Under the pieces are notes generated by a model. The model was not told the DNA's origin. It saw nothing but the letters and a program-made list of their open reading frames with translations, and did not search any database. The translations under genes and the position numbers were made by a program. From positions 1 to 64,000 of the IMG/VR virus record IMGVR_UViG_3300014964_000592: DNA of 64,000 nucleotides; one strand, 5' to 3'. This document shows positions 19,470 through 28,948 of this stretch, piece by piece. The DNA is from an uncultured virus (IMG/VR IMGVR_UViG_3300014964_000592) (taxonomy: Duplodnaviria; Heunggongvirae; Uroviricota; Caudoviricetes). Position 1 is the stretch's first letter; each line of letters starts with the position of its first letter.

Positions 19470-19900
19470 ATTTCTTTCATTCTTTCATTCTTTATTATAC
19501 TCTCTATATTCTTTATTCTTGTTTATGGCTGTAAAACCCGATTTAAGTAAAATAGCATCTTTGGAACATGCTGATAATTAAGGTATTGAACGGGTATTTT
19601 GCTGGCGGCTTGTTGGCTGTTGGATGTTTCTTTGATGGCTGGCGTGTTTAAGTAAACATGGCTTACCGTACTGAAAATAAAAGAGTTTGCCGATGTATTT
19701 TGTTGGTCATTGACTCGGATTTACTTAATAAGGTTTATTAAGTAAAAACGCACAAAAATCGCGGAAAAATCGCCTTGATGGTTGTCTGATGTTTCTTTGA
19801 TGGCTATTTGTTGGCGTTTTGTTGGTCATAAAATTAAGTAAACCCTTATAATTTGCTGATATGCAGATAAAAACAAAGGTCTTTTGTTGGCTGAAACAAT
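19470..19900. repeat. Non-coding repeat-rich region, origin-like
   Basis: TTAAGTAAA x4 (19543, 19648, 19738, 19834); GATGTTTCTTTGATGGCT x2 (19623, 19788); 12-bp inverted repeat at 19720-19746. Confidence 0.65.
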
Positions 19901-19954
19901 GCACCGAGTTACGTCTTAACCCGGGGCATCGTAATTTTACTGAAATATAAGGAT

Positions 19955-20575
19955 TTATGGCTGTTGTTTTCCGAGGATAAACGAGTGGTAGTCGCCAAAC
20001 TTCCGTCGCACGATATAAGCTCCTTTTTCAAGGCGTTCCCATCCGGTCTTCACATCTTCTATGCTGATTCCGAGGGCTTGCGATACCATGGCGTCTGTGA
20101 CACAGAAGGGAACATCGCCCGCTGATTTGATGCCATTCCGAAGATAAGAATATATCGCTACATCATAGGCGGTTAACGTAACGTTGGGGATAGGTAGGAC
20201 TTTGCCATCAGCAAGGTCTTGGCGCATCTGGTCGGCCAGTCGCTTGGATTCCGAGAATACGGATTCAAGACTTTCAACCGGTCGTGGCGACTGTTGACGT
20301 TCAAGCTCCATCCAGCGCAAAACAAGCCGCGCACGGGCTTCGTCGTTGAATTTAGTGGCAATGTATAAGCACTCTTCTTTCGTTAGATTGTAGCAAGGGA
20401 GGACGCGCCCGGTTGGGTCGGTGTATTCACTAAGCGTAAAATTGCGCCCAGTAACCTTATACCACGCTTCTTCCATTTTGCGGATTGAACGCATCAGGTC
20501 TTTATGACGTTTCTCCGCTACTTCTGCAATTAAGAGCGATGTCATTGTGGGTTGTTGAATTGGTAATGTTTCCAT
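19955..20575 (-). CDS. Rha-family phage regulatory protein with C-terminal winged HTH
   Basis: MTSLLIAEVAEKRHKDLMRSIR...CYNLTKEECLYIATKFNDEARARLVLRWMELE. Confidence 0.85.
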   Translation of the reverse strand: METLPIQQPTMTSLLIAEVAEKRHKDLMRSIRKMEEAWYKVTGRNFTLSEYTDPTGRVLPCYNLTKEECLYIATKFNDEARARLVLRWMELERQQSPRPVESLESVFSESKRLADQMRQDLADGKVLPIPNVTLTAYDVAIYSYLRNGIKSAGDVPFCVTDAMVSQALGISIEDVKTGWERLEKGAYIVRRKFGDYHSFILGKQQP

Positions 20576-20625
20576 TTGTTTTTTGATTGTGGGCGACCCG
20601 TGTTTCAGAGTCGCCCGGATTACGT

Positions 20626-20925
20626 TTAAGCTGCGGCTACTGATTCTATCAGTTCCGTATCAATGGCTGCGAATGGTATGTCGATTTCGTTGCCGTCCTC
20701 GTCGCAAGTCCACACGTTGTAGCTGAATACCTCAAGGGTAGGTTTGTTCTGTGCGAACACAGATACAGTGATGTCATTTCCGACCTCTATTGTGAGGTTG
20801 AAATATCCATGCACTACCGGGTTGAGGGCGGCCACGGCTGCGGCCACGGCGAGCGATGCCGCTTTTGAGTCAAATTTGATTGCTTGCATAGTCTTTGATT
20901 TTATGGGGTTGATGTTGTTATACAA
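20626..20925 (-). CDS. Hypothetical protein
   Basis: ORF in a minus-strand operon; start uncertain. Confidence 0.55.
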   Translation of the reverse strand: MYNNINPIKSKTMQAIKFDSKAASLAVAAAVAALNPVVHGYFNLTIEVGNDITVSVFAQNKPTLEVFSYNVWTCDEDGNEIDIPFAAIDTELIESVAAA

Positions 20926-21247
20926 TTTTCACAAGATTGCACTTCTTGAAAGAGCGAAATTCCTGTTTGTCGGTGTCGAAGTACACCTGAACGGTTTCAT
21001 TGGCTCTGCGGCCTGTGCCTTGCGTTTCTGGCAGACGGTGAGGGTCAAGTGTGCCAAACGCCTGTCTTAACGTGCCGTCGATTTTCTGAAAGAAGAATTG
21101 CACGATACCGCCACGCATAGCCTTTGTTACTTTAGCGTTGAGCCATGCTAGCTTGAGGGCTTCTGCCATCGTGTAGCCGTTTCTTTTCACGAACATCCAC
21201 GCGGTCTGCATGATTTGTCGCAATGTTGATTTTCTATCGTTGCTCAT
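20918..21247 (-). CDS. SH3-like beta-barrel (DUF2693/WYL_2-like) protein, copy 1
   Basis: GIVQFFFQKIDGTLRQAFGTL...YFDTDKQEFRSFK. Confidence 0.8.
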   Translation of the reverse strand: MSNDRKSTLRQIMQTAWMFVKRNGYTMAEALKLAWLNAKVTKAMRGGIVQFFFQKIDGTLRQAFGTLDPHRLPETQGTGRRANETVQVYFDTDKQEFRSFKKCNLVKIV

Positions 21248-21291
21248 ATTCTTGGTCTTTAATTGTTGTTTAACTTTGATGATGCAAAGAT

Positions 21292-21459
21292 ATAGGATAA
21301 AATCTATATCTCAAAATAAATTATAGGGTAAAATCTATTTCTTAACAAAGATTAACAATAGGTTAAACTCTATGCTTTAATTAAAAATATAGAATATAAG
21401 TTGTGAGTTTAATTATTTCTTCTTAACTTTGCGCCGTAAAATTATAGAACAAACCCTAT
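21292..21459. promoter_or_regulatory. Divergent promoter region with four ATAG-N8-CTAT operators
   Basis: Copies at 21292, 21323, 21358 and 21444; -7 elements on both strands. Confidence 0.7.
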
Positions 21460-21727
21460 GGATATAAAACAAAAAATCAAAATGCAGGGCTTCACCATTA
21501 GTGAAGTCGCATCAAAGATGCCAAATGGCAATGGTGGATTAGGGATAAGCCAACCATCCCTGTCGGCTATTATCAACGGAAATCCCACGGTCAATAAGTT
21601 GAAAGACATCGCAGACATAATTGGACTTACCTTATCTGAACTTGTTTCAGAAGATGATGGAATGAATATGATAGCGGCTTGCCCTCATTGTGGAAAGCCA
21701 ATAACAATCAAAACTACAATAGAATGA
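21458..21727 (+). CDS. XRE-family HTH regulator with Zn ribbon
   Basis: GISQPSLSAIINGNPTVNKLKDIADIIG; CPHCG. Confidence 0.88.
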   Translation: MDIKQKIKMQGFTISEVASKMPNGNGGLGISQPSLSAIINGNPTVNKLKDIADIIGLTLSELVSEDDGMNMIAACPHCGKPITIKTTIE

Positions 21728-22446
21728 AACATTTACTTAAACCAGCAATCATCCTTGTTTTGGGAATGATTGTCTTATATCTCCAATCATGCGACCGACC
21801 TAATCAAGTTGATAATACGCTATTTGGGTTTCGTTTTGGGCAAACACAAATGGAAGTTGATAGCGTTGCGTCTAATAGAGGTTTCCGAAAACTTGCATGG
21901 GTCAATTCCACCGGTTATGAGGGACGACTTGATACGCTTGGTGTTAGATGGATGCAGATAGAAGCAAGGTTTGAAAAAGATTCTCTCTGTTCCATTGCAC
22001 TACTCGCGCATAAGGATTCGGAAGATGATGGTCGTGTTTTCGAGAGTAAGATTAACGATGTGCTGGAAAACCATTTTCATGTATTCGGAAAGCGGTTAGA
22101 GCAAGAACCGTATGAAGAATATGGAGCATGGATTTTTGGCAATTACGTTGTTTCGTTTATCCCCAAAGGAGAATATTTTGCAGTTTTGCAAATATGCCCA
22201 TATTCCGAAGATAATGCTAAAACGGCAAGGCTTGAATACATCGACTATAAAATAGACGAGAACTTAAAGAAGCTCGCTAACGCTATGGCTGGTTATATTA
22301 AGGCAAGAGAAAGTGGTCAATCTACCATGAGGGAAGTTTATGTGGATGATGTACGCTCTGCAAATGGTTTTCTAAATAAACATTACGACCTTATGACCCC
22401 CAGACAAAAGGAACTCTTTGACAAACTAAGGAATATTACTTATTGA
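21724..22446 (+). CDS. Putative lipoprotein
   Basis: MKHLLKPAIILVLGMIVLYLQS-C signal peptide and lipobox; co-transcribed with the HTH gene; AT-rich. Confidence 0.65.
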   Translation: MKHLLKPAIILVLGMIVLYLQSCDRPNQVDNTLFGFRFGQTQMEVDSVASNRGFRKLAWVNSTGYEGRLDTLGVRWMQIEARFEKDSLCSIALLAHKDSEDDGRVFESKINDVLENHFHVFGKRLEQEPYEEYGAWIFGNYVVSFIPKGEYFAVLQICPYSEDNAKTARLEYIDYKIDENLKKLANAMAGYIKARESGQSTMREVYVDDVRSANGFLNKHYDLMTPRQKELFDKLRNITY

Positions 22447-22466
22447 TTTATTTGGAATAAGCAAAT

Positions 22467-22502
22467 AAGCGCATCAGTCATCACGACTGGTGCGCTTTCT
22501 TT
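22467..22502 (+). terminator. Intrinsic terminator
   Basis: AAGCGCATCAGTC-atcac-GACTGGTGCGCTT followed by TCTTT. Confidence 0.75.
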
Positions 22503-22610
22503 GTTGTATCAATGTTGTATCAATTTCCAGATATGCTGATAAAACAAATTCGGCAACGCATTGGTATTGCGCGGAATAGAATTTAGCATTGTAGTGCCAC
22601 CAGTACCACT

Positions 22611-22641
22611 AAAAAGGCGACACGCCTCTCGGCGCATCGCC
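22611..22641 (-). terminator. Intrinsic terminator downstream of fmt
   Basis: Minus strand GGCGATGCGCC-gaga-GGCGTGTCGCC-TTTTT. Confidence 0.75.
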
Positions 22642-22667
22642 ATAGGAAAGGGTGTGTGAAAAAGGGG

Positions 22668-23951
22668 TCATTGTTGTTTGATTTCAGCAGTCACGCCGTT
22701 AGTGTCGGTCACGTCTGCCGGGTTAATCGTTTTTGCGGTATCGGGATTTTCAGCAGCCACCGACAATCCTAAATCGCAGAAGCCCTTGCAAGCTCCGCGA
22801 TAGCCGTTGAAAAATTCAGTGGCGGTCATGCGTCGCTTGTTCGGCATCTGCAATTCAAGTACGGAAAGAAGATTGTCGCCACAGGCGATGTATAGCTTTC
22901 GGTCTTGCCAGAATAGCTCGCCGGGCGCATGGTGGCCACGCGGTATGTCGGTCTTTTCCGTTCTGAAAATCTTGACGCTCATGGCCTGCTTTCCAAGCAT
23001 GGCCAGTGAAGTCCAAGCTGATGGGATTGGAGTAAGTGCGCGTATGAAGTCATAGACGTAATCGGCGGGCTTGAGCCACGGAATGATGCAGTCCTTGCGA
23101 TGTAGCTTTGGCGCGTAGCATGGCTGGATGAAGTCACAGATAAGCTCCGACTGAGGAATGGGGTTGCATGAATGGGCTATGCGCTGGATTGCATCGTCTA
23201 TCATTTCCGCGCCGGCAATGCGTAGCTTGATGTGAACGTCTTCCGCGTTATCATCTTCATCAATGCCGATGGCAAGATTGTTTATGATGCCGCCGGTGTC
23301 GATTTTGTCTTCAAGCATGAACGTTGTCACGCCGGTCATGGCATTACCATCCTTGATTGCGGATGCGATGGTGGAAGCACCGCGATACATGGGCAGCATA
23401 GATGAGTGGAGGTTGATTGTACCCCACGACGGAATGGTGTATAGCGCACGTGGCAGTATTCTGAACTCCACTACTACGCCGAGCGTCGCATGAAGATTGT
23501 GGATGTGCCGCAGAAATCTATTAGAGTCAAGTTTCCGTGGTTGAAAAACAAGGATGCCCATAGATTCGGCATAAACCTTGACCGCAGATGGCCGCAGTTT
23601 CTTGCCACGCCCGCACGGTTTATCTTCCATAGTTACGACTGCCGCGACATCATATCCGTTTTCAACAAGCATTTTTAGCGTGGGAAGCGCAAACTGCCCA
23701 TTGCCGAAGAATATGATGCGTATTCCCTTGCGTGATACAGGCTTGTCAAAATCACGTTCCGGGTATGAAACAATATCAGTTTCGTCAACAATTACATAAC
23801 CGCCGGATTTCTTCAATCGCAGAAAGTAAGAGCCATCATCTTTTGGGTATAAGATTTTGGCTTCCGTAAAAATACCGCCCCCATCATTACCGTGCAGGAG
23901 TCTGCTTGGAATTTGGACTGTCTGCCCGACGCGATAAAGAGGTGTTTTCAT
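22668..23951 (-). CDS. fmt: Methionyl-tRNA formyltransferase homologue with an extra N-terminal domain
   Basis: IRIIFFGNGQFA, VVTMEDKPCGRGKKL, INLHSSMLPMYRGASTI, IDTGGII, YAPKL and IRALTPIPSAW, plus the Fmt C-terminal domain (LELQMPNKRRMTATEFFNG). ATG at 23951 overlaps the upstream HTH stop (ATGA). Confidence 0.92.
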   Translation of the reverse strand: MKTPLYRVGQTVQIPSRLLHGNDGGGIFTEAKILYPKDDGSYFLRLKKSGGYVIVDETDIVSYPERDFDKPVSRKGIRIIFFGNGQFALPTLKMLVENGYDVAAVVTMEDKPCGRGKKLRPSAVKVYAESMGILVFQPRKLDSNRFLRHIHNLHATLGVVVEFRILPRALYTIPSWGTINLHSSMLPMYRGASTIASAIKDGNAMTGVTTFMLEDKIDTGGIINNLAIGIDEDDNAEDVHIKLRIAGAEMIDDAIQRIAHSCNPIPQSELICDFIQPCYAPKLHRKDCIIPWLKPADYVYDFIRALTPIPSAWTSLAMLGKQAMSVKIFRTEKTDIPRGHHAPGELFWQDRKLYIACGDNLLSVLELQMPNKRRMTATEFFNGYRGACKGFCDLGLSVAAENPDTAKTINPADVTDTNGVTAEIKQQ

Positions 23952-24217
23952 CGCGGCGTGGCGGTTTTGATGTCGATACGTGCGCCGCACTGCGGGCAGA
24001 TGATTGTTGCCGGGTTGGGTGCGAGGTAGTCTGTGAATAGTGATGCAACTGGTACGTCAAGAGCTTCCGCTATCTTTTCAAGGGTAGAGATGTTGGGGCT
24101 ATTCTTCTCGTTCACGATACTGCCAAGAGTCTGGGGAGCTATATTCATTTTTTCGGCAAGACTTTTCAGTGTCATACCTTTGGCGGCAACGATTGCTTTA
24201 ATTCTGAATTTTGACAT
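23948..24217 (-). CDS. XRE-family HTH regulator with Zn ribbon
   Basis: KGMTLKSLAEKMNIAPQTLGSIVN...TLEKIAEALDV; CPQCG. Confidence 0.9.
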   Translation of the reverse strand: MSKFRIKAIVAAKGMTLKSLAEKMNIAPQTLGSIVNEKNSPNISTLEKIAEALDVPVASLFTDYLAPNPATIICPQCGARIDIKTATPR

Positions 24218-24405
24218 AAAGTATTTTACTGATTGGGGTTGTTTTGCTATGAGTATCGCAAAGTTACTCTTCCGCAGTCAGTTAAAACGAGTTCAGAGAG
24301 TGAAAAATTGTTAAATACTGATTTAAGTAATGGTTAATACTTGCACGATAAATAATATTAGTGTACCTTTGCAGAGGTCAAACTATAAACGACCACCTTA
24401 AAACA

Positions 24406-24726
24406 ATGAGTCAAGCAGAAAGCTACATAGAAGAGGATTGCGACGATTACGCTTACGATAGCAATTATGACTTATACGATAGTCTGGATTGCGATGACGT
24501 AAGCTGCATGACCGACCGCCCCTCGCGATTTGTGCAACGCCACATTTTACCCGGATTGCATCCCTTGATAGAAGAAATTAGGGCTAAAAATGCCGGTGCG
24601 AAGATGGGAGAAGAATTGCGATGCCCGGTTTGTGGAAAACGATTTTTCAAAAAATCGTATCAGCAGAAATTCTGTTCTAACGACTGCAAGGTTAAATACC
24701 ACAATAAACGACAGGTATGGTACTGA
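24406..24726 (+). CDS. Zn-finger hypothetical protein
   Basis: CPVCGKRF...KFCSNDCK. Confidence 0.65.
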   Translation: MSQAESYIEEDCDDYAYDSNYDLYDSLDCDDVSCMTDRPSRFVQRHILPGLHPLIEEIRAKNAGAKMGEELRCPVCGKRFFKKSYQQKFCSNDCKVKYHNKRQVWY

Positions 24727-25076
24727 CTAAACAAATTGATACCCCTTTATTTGGGCAGGCTCAAATGTTCAGCGAGTCTATTTCTACGTCAGTCATTCGC
24801 AAAGCTGTGATGGATGGGCGTAAAATTCGCCTTATGCAACACGCCATTGGTCTTAACAACCCATATTCTAAAGTCAGAAAGGGCTGTTACACCGCTTACC
24901 GCAACTACTTTGTCGCTGGAAAAGGAGATGCAAGTTGGGATGAATTAGTCGCCGCTGGCCTTGCCACAAAACGCCAAGATACATTATACGAACTGAACAC
25001 AGTTTACCATCTAACCGAAAAGGGAATAAACATCCTCGCGGAAATTATGAACATAAAAATCATAGAAGCAAAATGA
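24717..25076 (+). CDS. Hypothetical protein
   Basis: AYRNYFVAG...WDELVAAGLA. Confidence 0.65.
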   Translation: MVLTKQIDTPLFGQAQMFSESISTSVIRKAVMDGRKIRLMQHAIGLNNPYSKVRKGCYTAYRNYFVAGKGDASWDELVAAGLATKRQDTLYELNTVYHLTEKGINILAEIMNIKIIEAK

Positions 25077-25534
25077 TATACGAAGAAATTATGTATGGCA
25101 TTAAGTGCAATCGTTGCCATGAAATCTTTGAGAATAGCGAAAGTTACACCGTTGCTGTTGATAAGGATGATTTTGAGGCAGAGGCGACGGAAGATGGCTG
25201 GCACAAGGATGGCGATGCGCACTATTGCCCCAAGTGTTACATGGTAGATGAGAATGATGTGATAGTCGTAAAGCCGCGAATACACCATCTATTTTTCAAG
25301 TTTTGGAACTTGCTCAAGGCGTTTACCGGATGTGTGCATCGATTTACCGAAACGGAAACACACTACACGCTGACAAATCATCATTGCTACAAACGATTGA
25401 ATAAAGCGCGGATTTCAATCTTGCAAGAAGTCATCGCTGATTTCACAATCGAATATCGCACACCGGAAAGAATGGTCGGTCAGCCCTACGAAATAGAAAC
25501 TATCAGCATCCCCAAAGATTTCAAAAGGCAATAA
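25073..25534 (+). CDS. Hypothetical Zn-finger protein
   Basis: CNRC...HYCPKC. Confidence 0.65.
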   Translation: MIYEEIMYGIKCNRCHEIFENSESYTVAVDKDDFEAEATEDGWHKDGDAHYCPKCYMVDENDVIVVKPRIHHLFFKFWNLLKAFTGCVHRFTETETHYTLTNHHCYKRLNKARISILQEVIADFTIEYRTPERMVGQPYEIETISIPKDFKRQ

Positions 25535-25545
25535 ACCAAGCAACG

Positions 25546-25758
25546 ATGGCAAAAGCGGAAGAAATATTTGACCTGCTATACGAAATCAACAACAAGATAG
25601 CGGAACAAGAACTGACGGTAAGAGAGTCGGTGCGGTTGTATTTATCCCTTATCACGATGGCTTTCACAAAAGCCGGCGCAACCAAAGAGATGATACCATT
25701 TATCCTCAAAGAGGTGGGCGAATACTTGTCTGAACGGTTAAAAGAACAGTTAAAATAG
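25546..25758 (+). CDS. Hypothetical protein
   Basis: Packed ORF. Confidence 0.55.
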   Translation: MAKAEEIFDLLYEINNKIAEQELTVRESVRLYLSLITMAFTKAGATKEMIPFILKEVGEYLSERLKEQLK

Positions 25759-25965
25759 GCATCATGGAAACATTGACTGCTATGCAGATATTGGAGCTTA
25801 AAATAGTAGGCTACAATCCACCGAAAGACCAGATAACCCTTGATGATATTCTGCGCATATTGCCATCGGAACTAAACAAGGGAAAGCATCGCCAGTGGCA
25901 TCCTGCCTTTCGGCTTCGTAGTAAAAGAAGACTAAACAATCACATCAAACCCCACAACAAGCAAT

Positions 25966-27093
25966 ATGAAATTCTCTATCAACAACAAGGCTCTATTAAG
26001 CCGACTGCTTGCCGCTGGAAAGGCGGTCAGCAACCGACCCACGATTTCCATCTTGAGTAATTTCCTGTTTGTCCTTGAGGGCAATGTTCTCACCATCACG
26101 GCATCCGACTCCGACAATGTGGTGGTGTCACGCATCACCGTCAACGATGCAGAGGGCGCAGGCAAGGTATGTATCGACGCAAAACGTGTTACGGAATTAC
26201 TCAAGGCAATGCCTGACTGCCCCGTGTCTTTCGACATCAACGACGCGACCCTCGCAGTGGTCATCCGTTATACCAATGGCAAGTATAATCTTTCAGGACT
26301 GCCCGGTGCGGAATACCCCATGGCAGACATCGACGACTCGCAGACCAAAGGCTCTTTCACACTGCCGGCATCGCAAATCCTTAACGCAGTTGATAAGGTA
26401 GGTTTTGCCGTAGGTAACGATGAGTTGCGTCAGACGCTGAACGGCATCTATTGGGATATTACGGAAGACGCAATCACATTTGTAGCTACCGACTCCCGCG
26501 TACTTGCCAAGTATCGCAGCACACAGACCGCCCCCGGCGTGACAATGAGTTTCAATCTGCCGGGCAAGTCAGTATCCCTTATCCGTGCCTTTATCGGAAA
26601 GCAGGCCGATGTCAAGCTGACCGTCACCGAAAGAGCCGCAGTCTTTGAGGGCGATGATTTCAAGGTGCGTACAACGCTTTACAACGGAAGATACCCGGAC
26701 TACAACCGTGTCATTCCCACCAATCAGCCCATCACCGTCAACATTGACCGCATGGATTTCGCCAACGCCATCACACGTGTATCAATCTGCGCCGATGCGC
26801 AGTTATCGCTCCTGCGCCTTAAAATGACAAATGGAACGCTTGATGTCATGGCACAGGATATGAGCTTCAACGTAGGCGGCGAAGAGCGTATCACTTGCGA
26901 CTACGCCGGCGATAAGCTGGAAATCGGTTTCAGCTCGTCATACCTCAAGGGTGTGCTTAACGCTATGGCAACGCAGAATATCGTAATGAAGCTATCCACG
27001 CCTGACCGCCCCGGCTTATTCTTGCCCGCGGAAAACGACGAATACGGCGAGCTTACATTGCTTTGTATGCCGATGAGTATTCAGCAGGCGTAA
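25966..27093 (+). CDS. dnaN: DNA polymerase III beta sliding clamp
   Basis: 375 aa; ILSNFLF, FVATDSRVLA, GRYPDYNRVIP, IGFSSSYL and LLCMPM motifs. Confidence 0.95.
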   Translation: MKFSINNKALLSRLLAAGKAVSNRPTISILSNFLFVLEGNVLTITASDSDNVVVSRITVNDAEGAGKVCIDAKRVTELLKAMPDCPVSFDINDATLAVVIRYTNGKYNLSGLPGAEYPMADIDDSQTKGSFTLPASQILNAVDKVGFAVGNDELRQTLNGIYWDITEDAITFVATDSRVLAKYRSTQTAPGVTMSFNLPGKSVSLIRAFIGKQADVKLTVTERAAVFEGDDFKVRTTLYNGRYPDYNRVIPTNQPITVNIDRMDFANAITRVSICADAQLSLLRLKMTNGTLDVMAQDMSFNVGGEERITCDYAGDKLEIGFSSSYLKGVLNAMATQNIVMKLSTPDRPGLFLPAENDEYGELTLLCMPMSIQQA

Positions 27094-27257
27094 TGGAATA
27101 CAATGCTCCGCTCAATGAAGAAAGTAATATCTAAAATCAAAGACATTCTTTTCATGGTCTACGCAGTCTTCGCCTGTCTTATCCTTGCGGTCATTCTTGG
27201 ATTGACAAGCGATAAGACGGAAGAAGACTACGACCCATGGGATTGCTATCAGTAACT

Positions 27258-27710
27258 ATGACAAGAGTAATCAAGTTTCGCGGAAAATCAATCGCCGATG
27301 GCAAATGGGTTTATGGCGATTTGGTACACACATCTACCCAGAAAGCGGCTATCTGGCCTACGGAAAAAGGACACGATGGCGGCATGGTAGAGGTCAGACC
27401 CAATACCGTCGGTCAGTACACCGGTCAGCGCGACCGCAACGGAAACGAAATCTATGAGGGCGATGTTGTGCGTCAGGCATGGGAAACAACCATCACGGAT
27501 GAAGATGGAGCTTTCTCTGCAAAAGGCAATCAAACCGGCATCGTTGTCATTCGTACAAGGGGCGTGTGCCTTTCGCCCTGCCTTTGCGAAAACGACATTT
27601 CGGAAGATGCAATGCTGACAAAGAACATCCCCGTGACAGGCAAACGCTCCGAAATCATCGGCAATAGCCACGATACACCATCTCTTTTTGAAGAAATCTG
27701 TAACTCTTAA
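27258..27710 (+). CDS. YopX-family protein, copy 1
   Basis: RVIKFRGK...WVYGDL...TVGQYTGQRDRNGNEIYEGDVV...EIIGN. Confidence 0.85.
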   Translation: MTRVIKFRGKSIADGKWVYGDLVHTSTQKAAIWPTEKGHDGGMVEVRPNTVGQYTGQRDRNGNEIYEGDVVRQAWETTITDEDGAFSAKGNQTGIVVIRTRGVCLSPCLCENDISEDAMLTKNIPVTGKRSEIIGNSHDTPSLFEEICNS

Positions 27711-27724
27711 CACCCAAAAAAACA

Positions 27725-28744
27725 ATGAAAACCTACATCGGAACAAAACAGCTCTGCGCAGAGCCTATGACCAAGGGCGAGGCGTATGACCGTTCACTGC
27801 TTCGTGGCGACATCGACGCTACGGAACGTGAAAATCCCGGCTATCACGTTGTCTATCCCGACGGATATGAAAGCTGGTCGCCCCAAAATGTGTTTGATGC
27901 CGCTTATCATGTTGCGGAAACACCCGTTGACCGCATCAACATTCAGTGGTACGACATCGACAACAAGGCTGGCGAATATTCCGCATGGGCCTGCAATTTC
28001 TATACCGGATGCTCAAACAACTGTTCATACTGCTATTGCAAGCGTGGCGTTATGAGCCATGTGTGGAGCGATGAACCCAAACTTAAAAAGTGCTTCAAGG
28101 ATGAAGCCGATGCACTTGCAGTATTCACAAAGGAACTGACCGCCAATATCGACGAGCTACGCAATACAGGCATCTTTTTCAGCTTCACGACTGACCCCAT
28201 GATACCCGGCAAGACGTTTGAATTGACGGTTGACGCAATGAAAGTCGCGTTGACAAATGGCGTTCCGGTTCAAATCCTGACCAAACGTGCGGATTGGTGG
28301 GATACCGACACATGGAAAGACAATGAGCAATTCTTCGCTGATTACGCGGATAAAATTGCGGTCGGTTTTACATTGACATGCCGTGATGACCTTGAACCGG
28401 GCGCAAGTCCGCACAAGGAAAGAGTGTCGGCGATGTCTTTATGCGCAAGCTGGGGATTTCACACCTTTGCAAGCATTGAGCCGATTGTCGATATAGTCAA
28501 TTCGGAACTTGCGATGTCGGATGTGCTACCGTACTGTCAGCTATTCAAAGTCGGCCTGATGAGCGGTGGTGCAAAACCCGACAAGGCGGCATTAAAGGAG
28601 ATGCTTGATAGATGGAACAGCCGATTGGATAAGCTCGGCAAGAAAATCTATTGGAAGCAGAGCGTAGTTGATTATCTGGGCGATGATTTCACGTTCTGGT
28701 TAGACTCCTGCGTGGATGCCGACTACAACATATTTAGCTACTGA
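27725..28744 (+). CDS. Radical SAM protein fused to a small N-terminal phage domain
   Basis: YTGCSNNCSYCYC (CxxxCxxC), FSFTTDP, QILTK and ASIEP; N-terminal GYHVVYPDGYESWSP domain. Confidence 0.85.
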   Translation: MKTYIGTKQLCAEPMTKGEAYDRSLLRGDIDATERENPGYHVVYPDGYESWSPQNVFDAAYHVAETPVDRINIQWYDIDNKAGEYSAWACNFYTGCSNNCSYCYCKRGVMSHVWSDEPKLKKCFKDEADALAVFTKELTANIDELRNTGIFFSFTTDPMIPGKTFELTVDAMKVALTNGVPVQILTKRADWWDTDTWKDNEQFFADYADKIAVGFTLTCRDDLEPGASPHKERVSAMSLCASWGFHTFASIEPIVDIVNSELAMSDVLPYCQLFKVGLMSGGAKPDKAALKEMLDRWNSRLDKLGKKIYWKQSVVDYLGDDFTFWLDSCVDADYNIFSY

Positions 28745-28789
28745 TATTGTTTTAAGGTAAAGATAGATTGTTAATTAGTACTTTTGCGG

Positions 28790-28823
28790 AGCGTGTCGTT
28801 GTGAAACGATGCGCTTTCTTTTT
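28790..28823 (+). terminator. Intrinsic terminator
   Basis: AGCGTGTCGTT-gtga-AACGATGCGCT followed by TTCTTTTT. Confidence 0.75.
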
Positions 28824-28841
28824 GCCTATTCCGTATAAAGT

Positions 28842-28915
28842 TACGACTTTAAGTAAGTTGTCGTGAGTGATGCTTGCTTTAATAATGTGGTTGTCGGTTT
28901 TGGGTCGTAGTTTTG
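28842..28915 (+). promoter_or_regulatory. Putative late promoter of the head-tail operon
   Basis: TACGAC-N12-GTCGTG (28842-28865), 42 nt, TAGTTTTG (28908-28915). Confidence 0.65.
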
Positions 28916-28948
28916 CGTAGATAAACTTAAACCCCCAATCATATCCAG

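Noticed and set aside
19470..19900. CRISPR array
   Set aside because: The repeats are short (9-18 bp) and irregularly spaced, and no cas genes are present.
22668..23951. Calling this gene PurN or an ArnA-type sugar formyltransferase
   Set aside because: It has the Fmt-specific DKPxGRG loop and the Fmt C-terminal domain.
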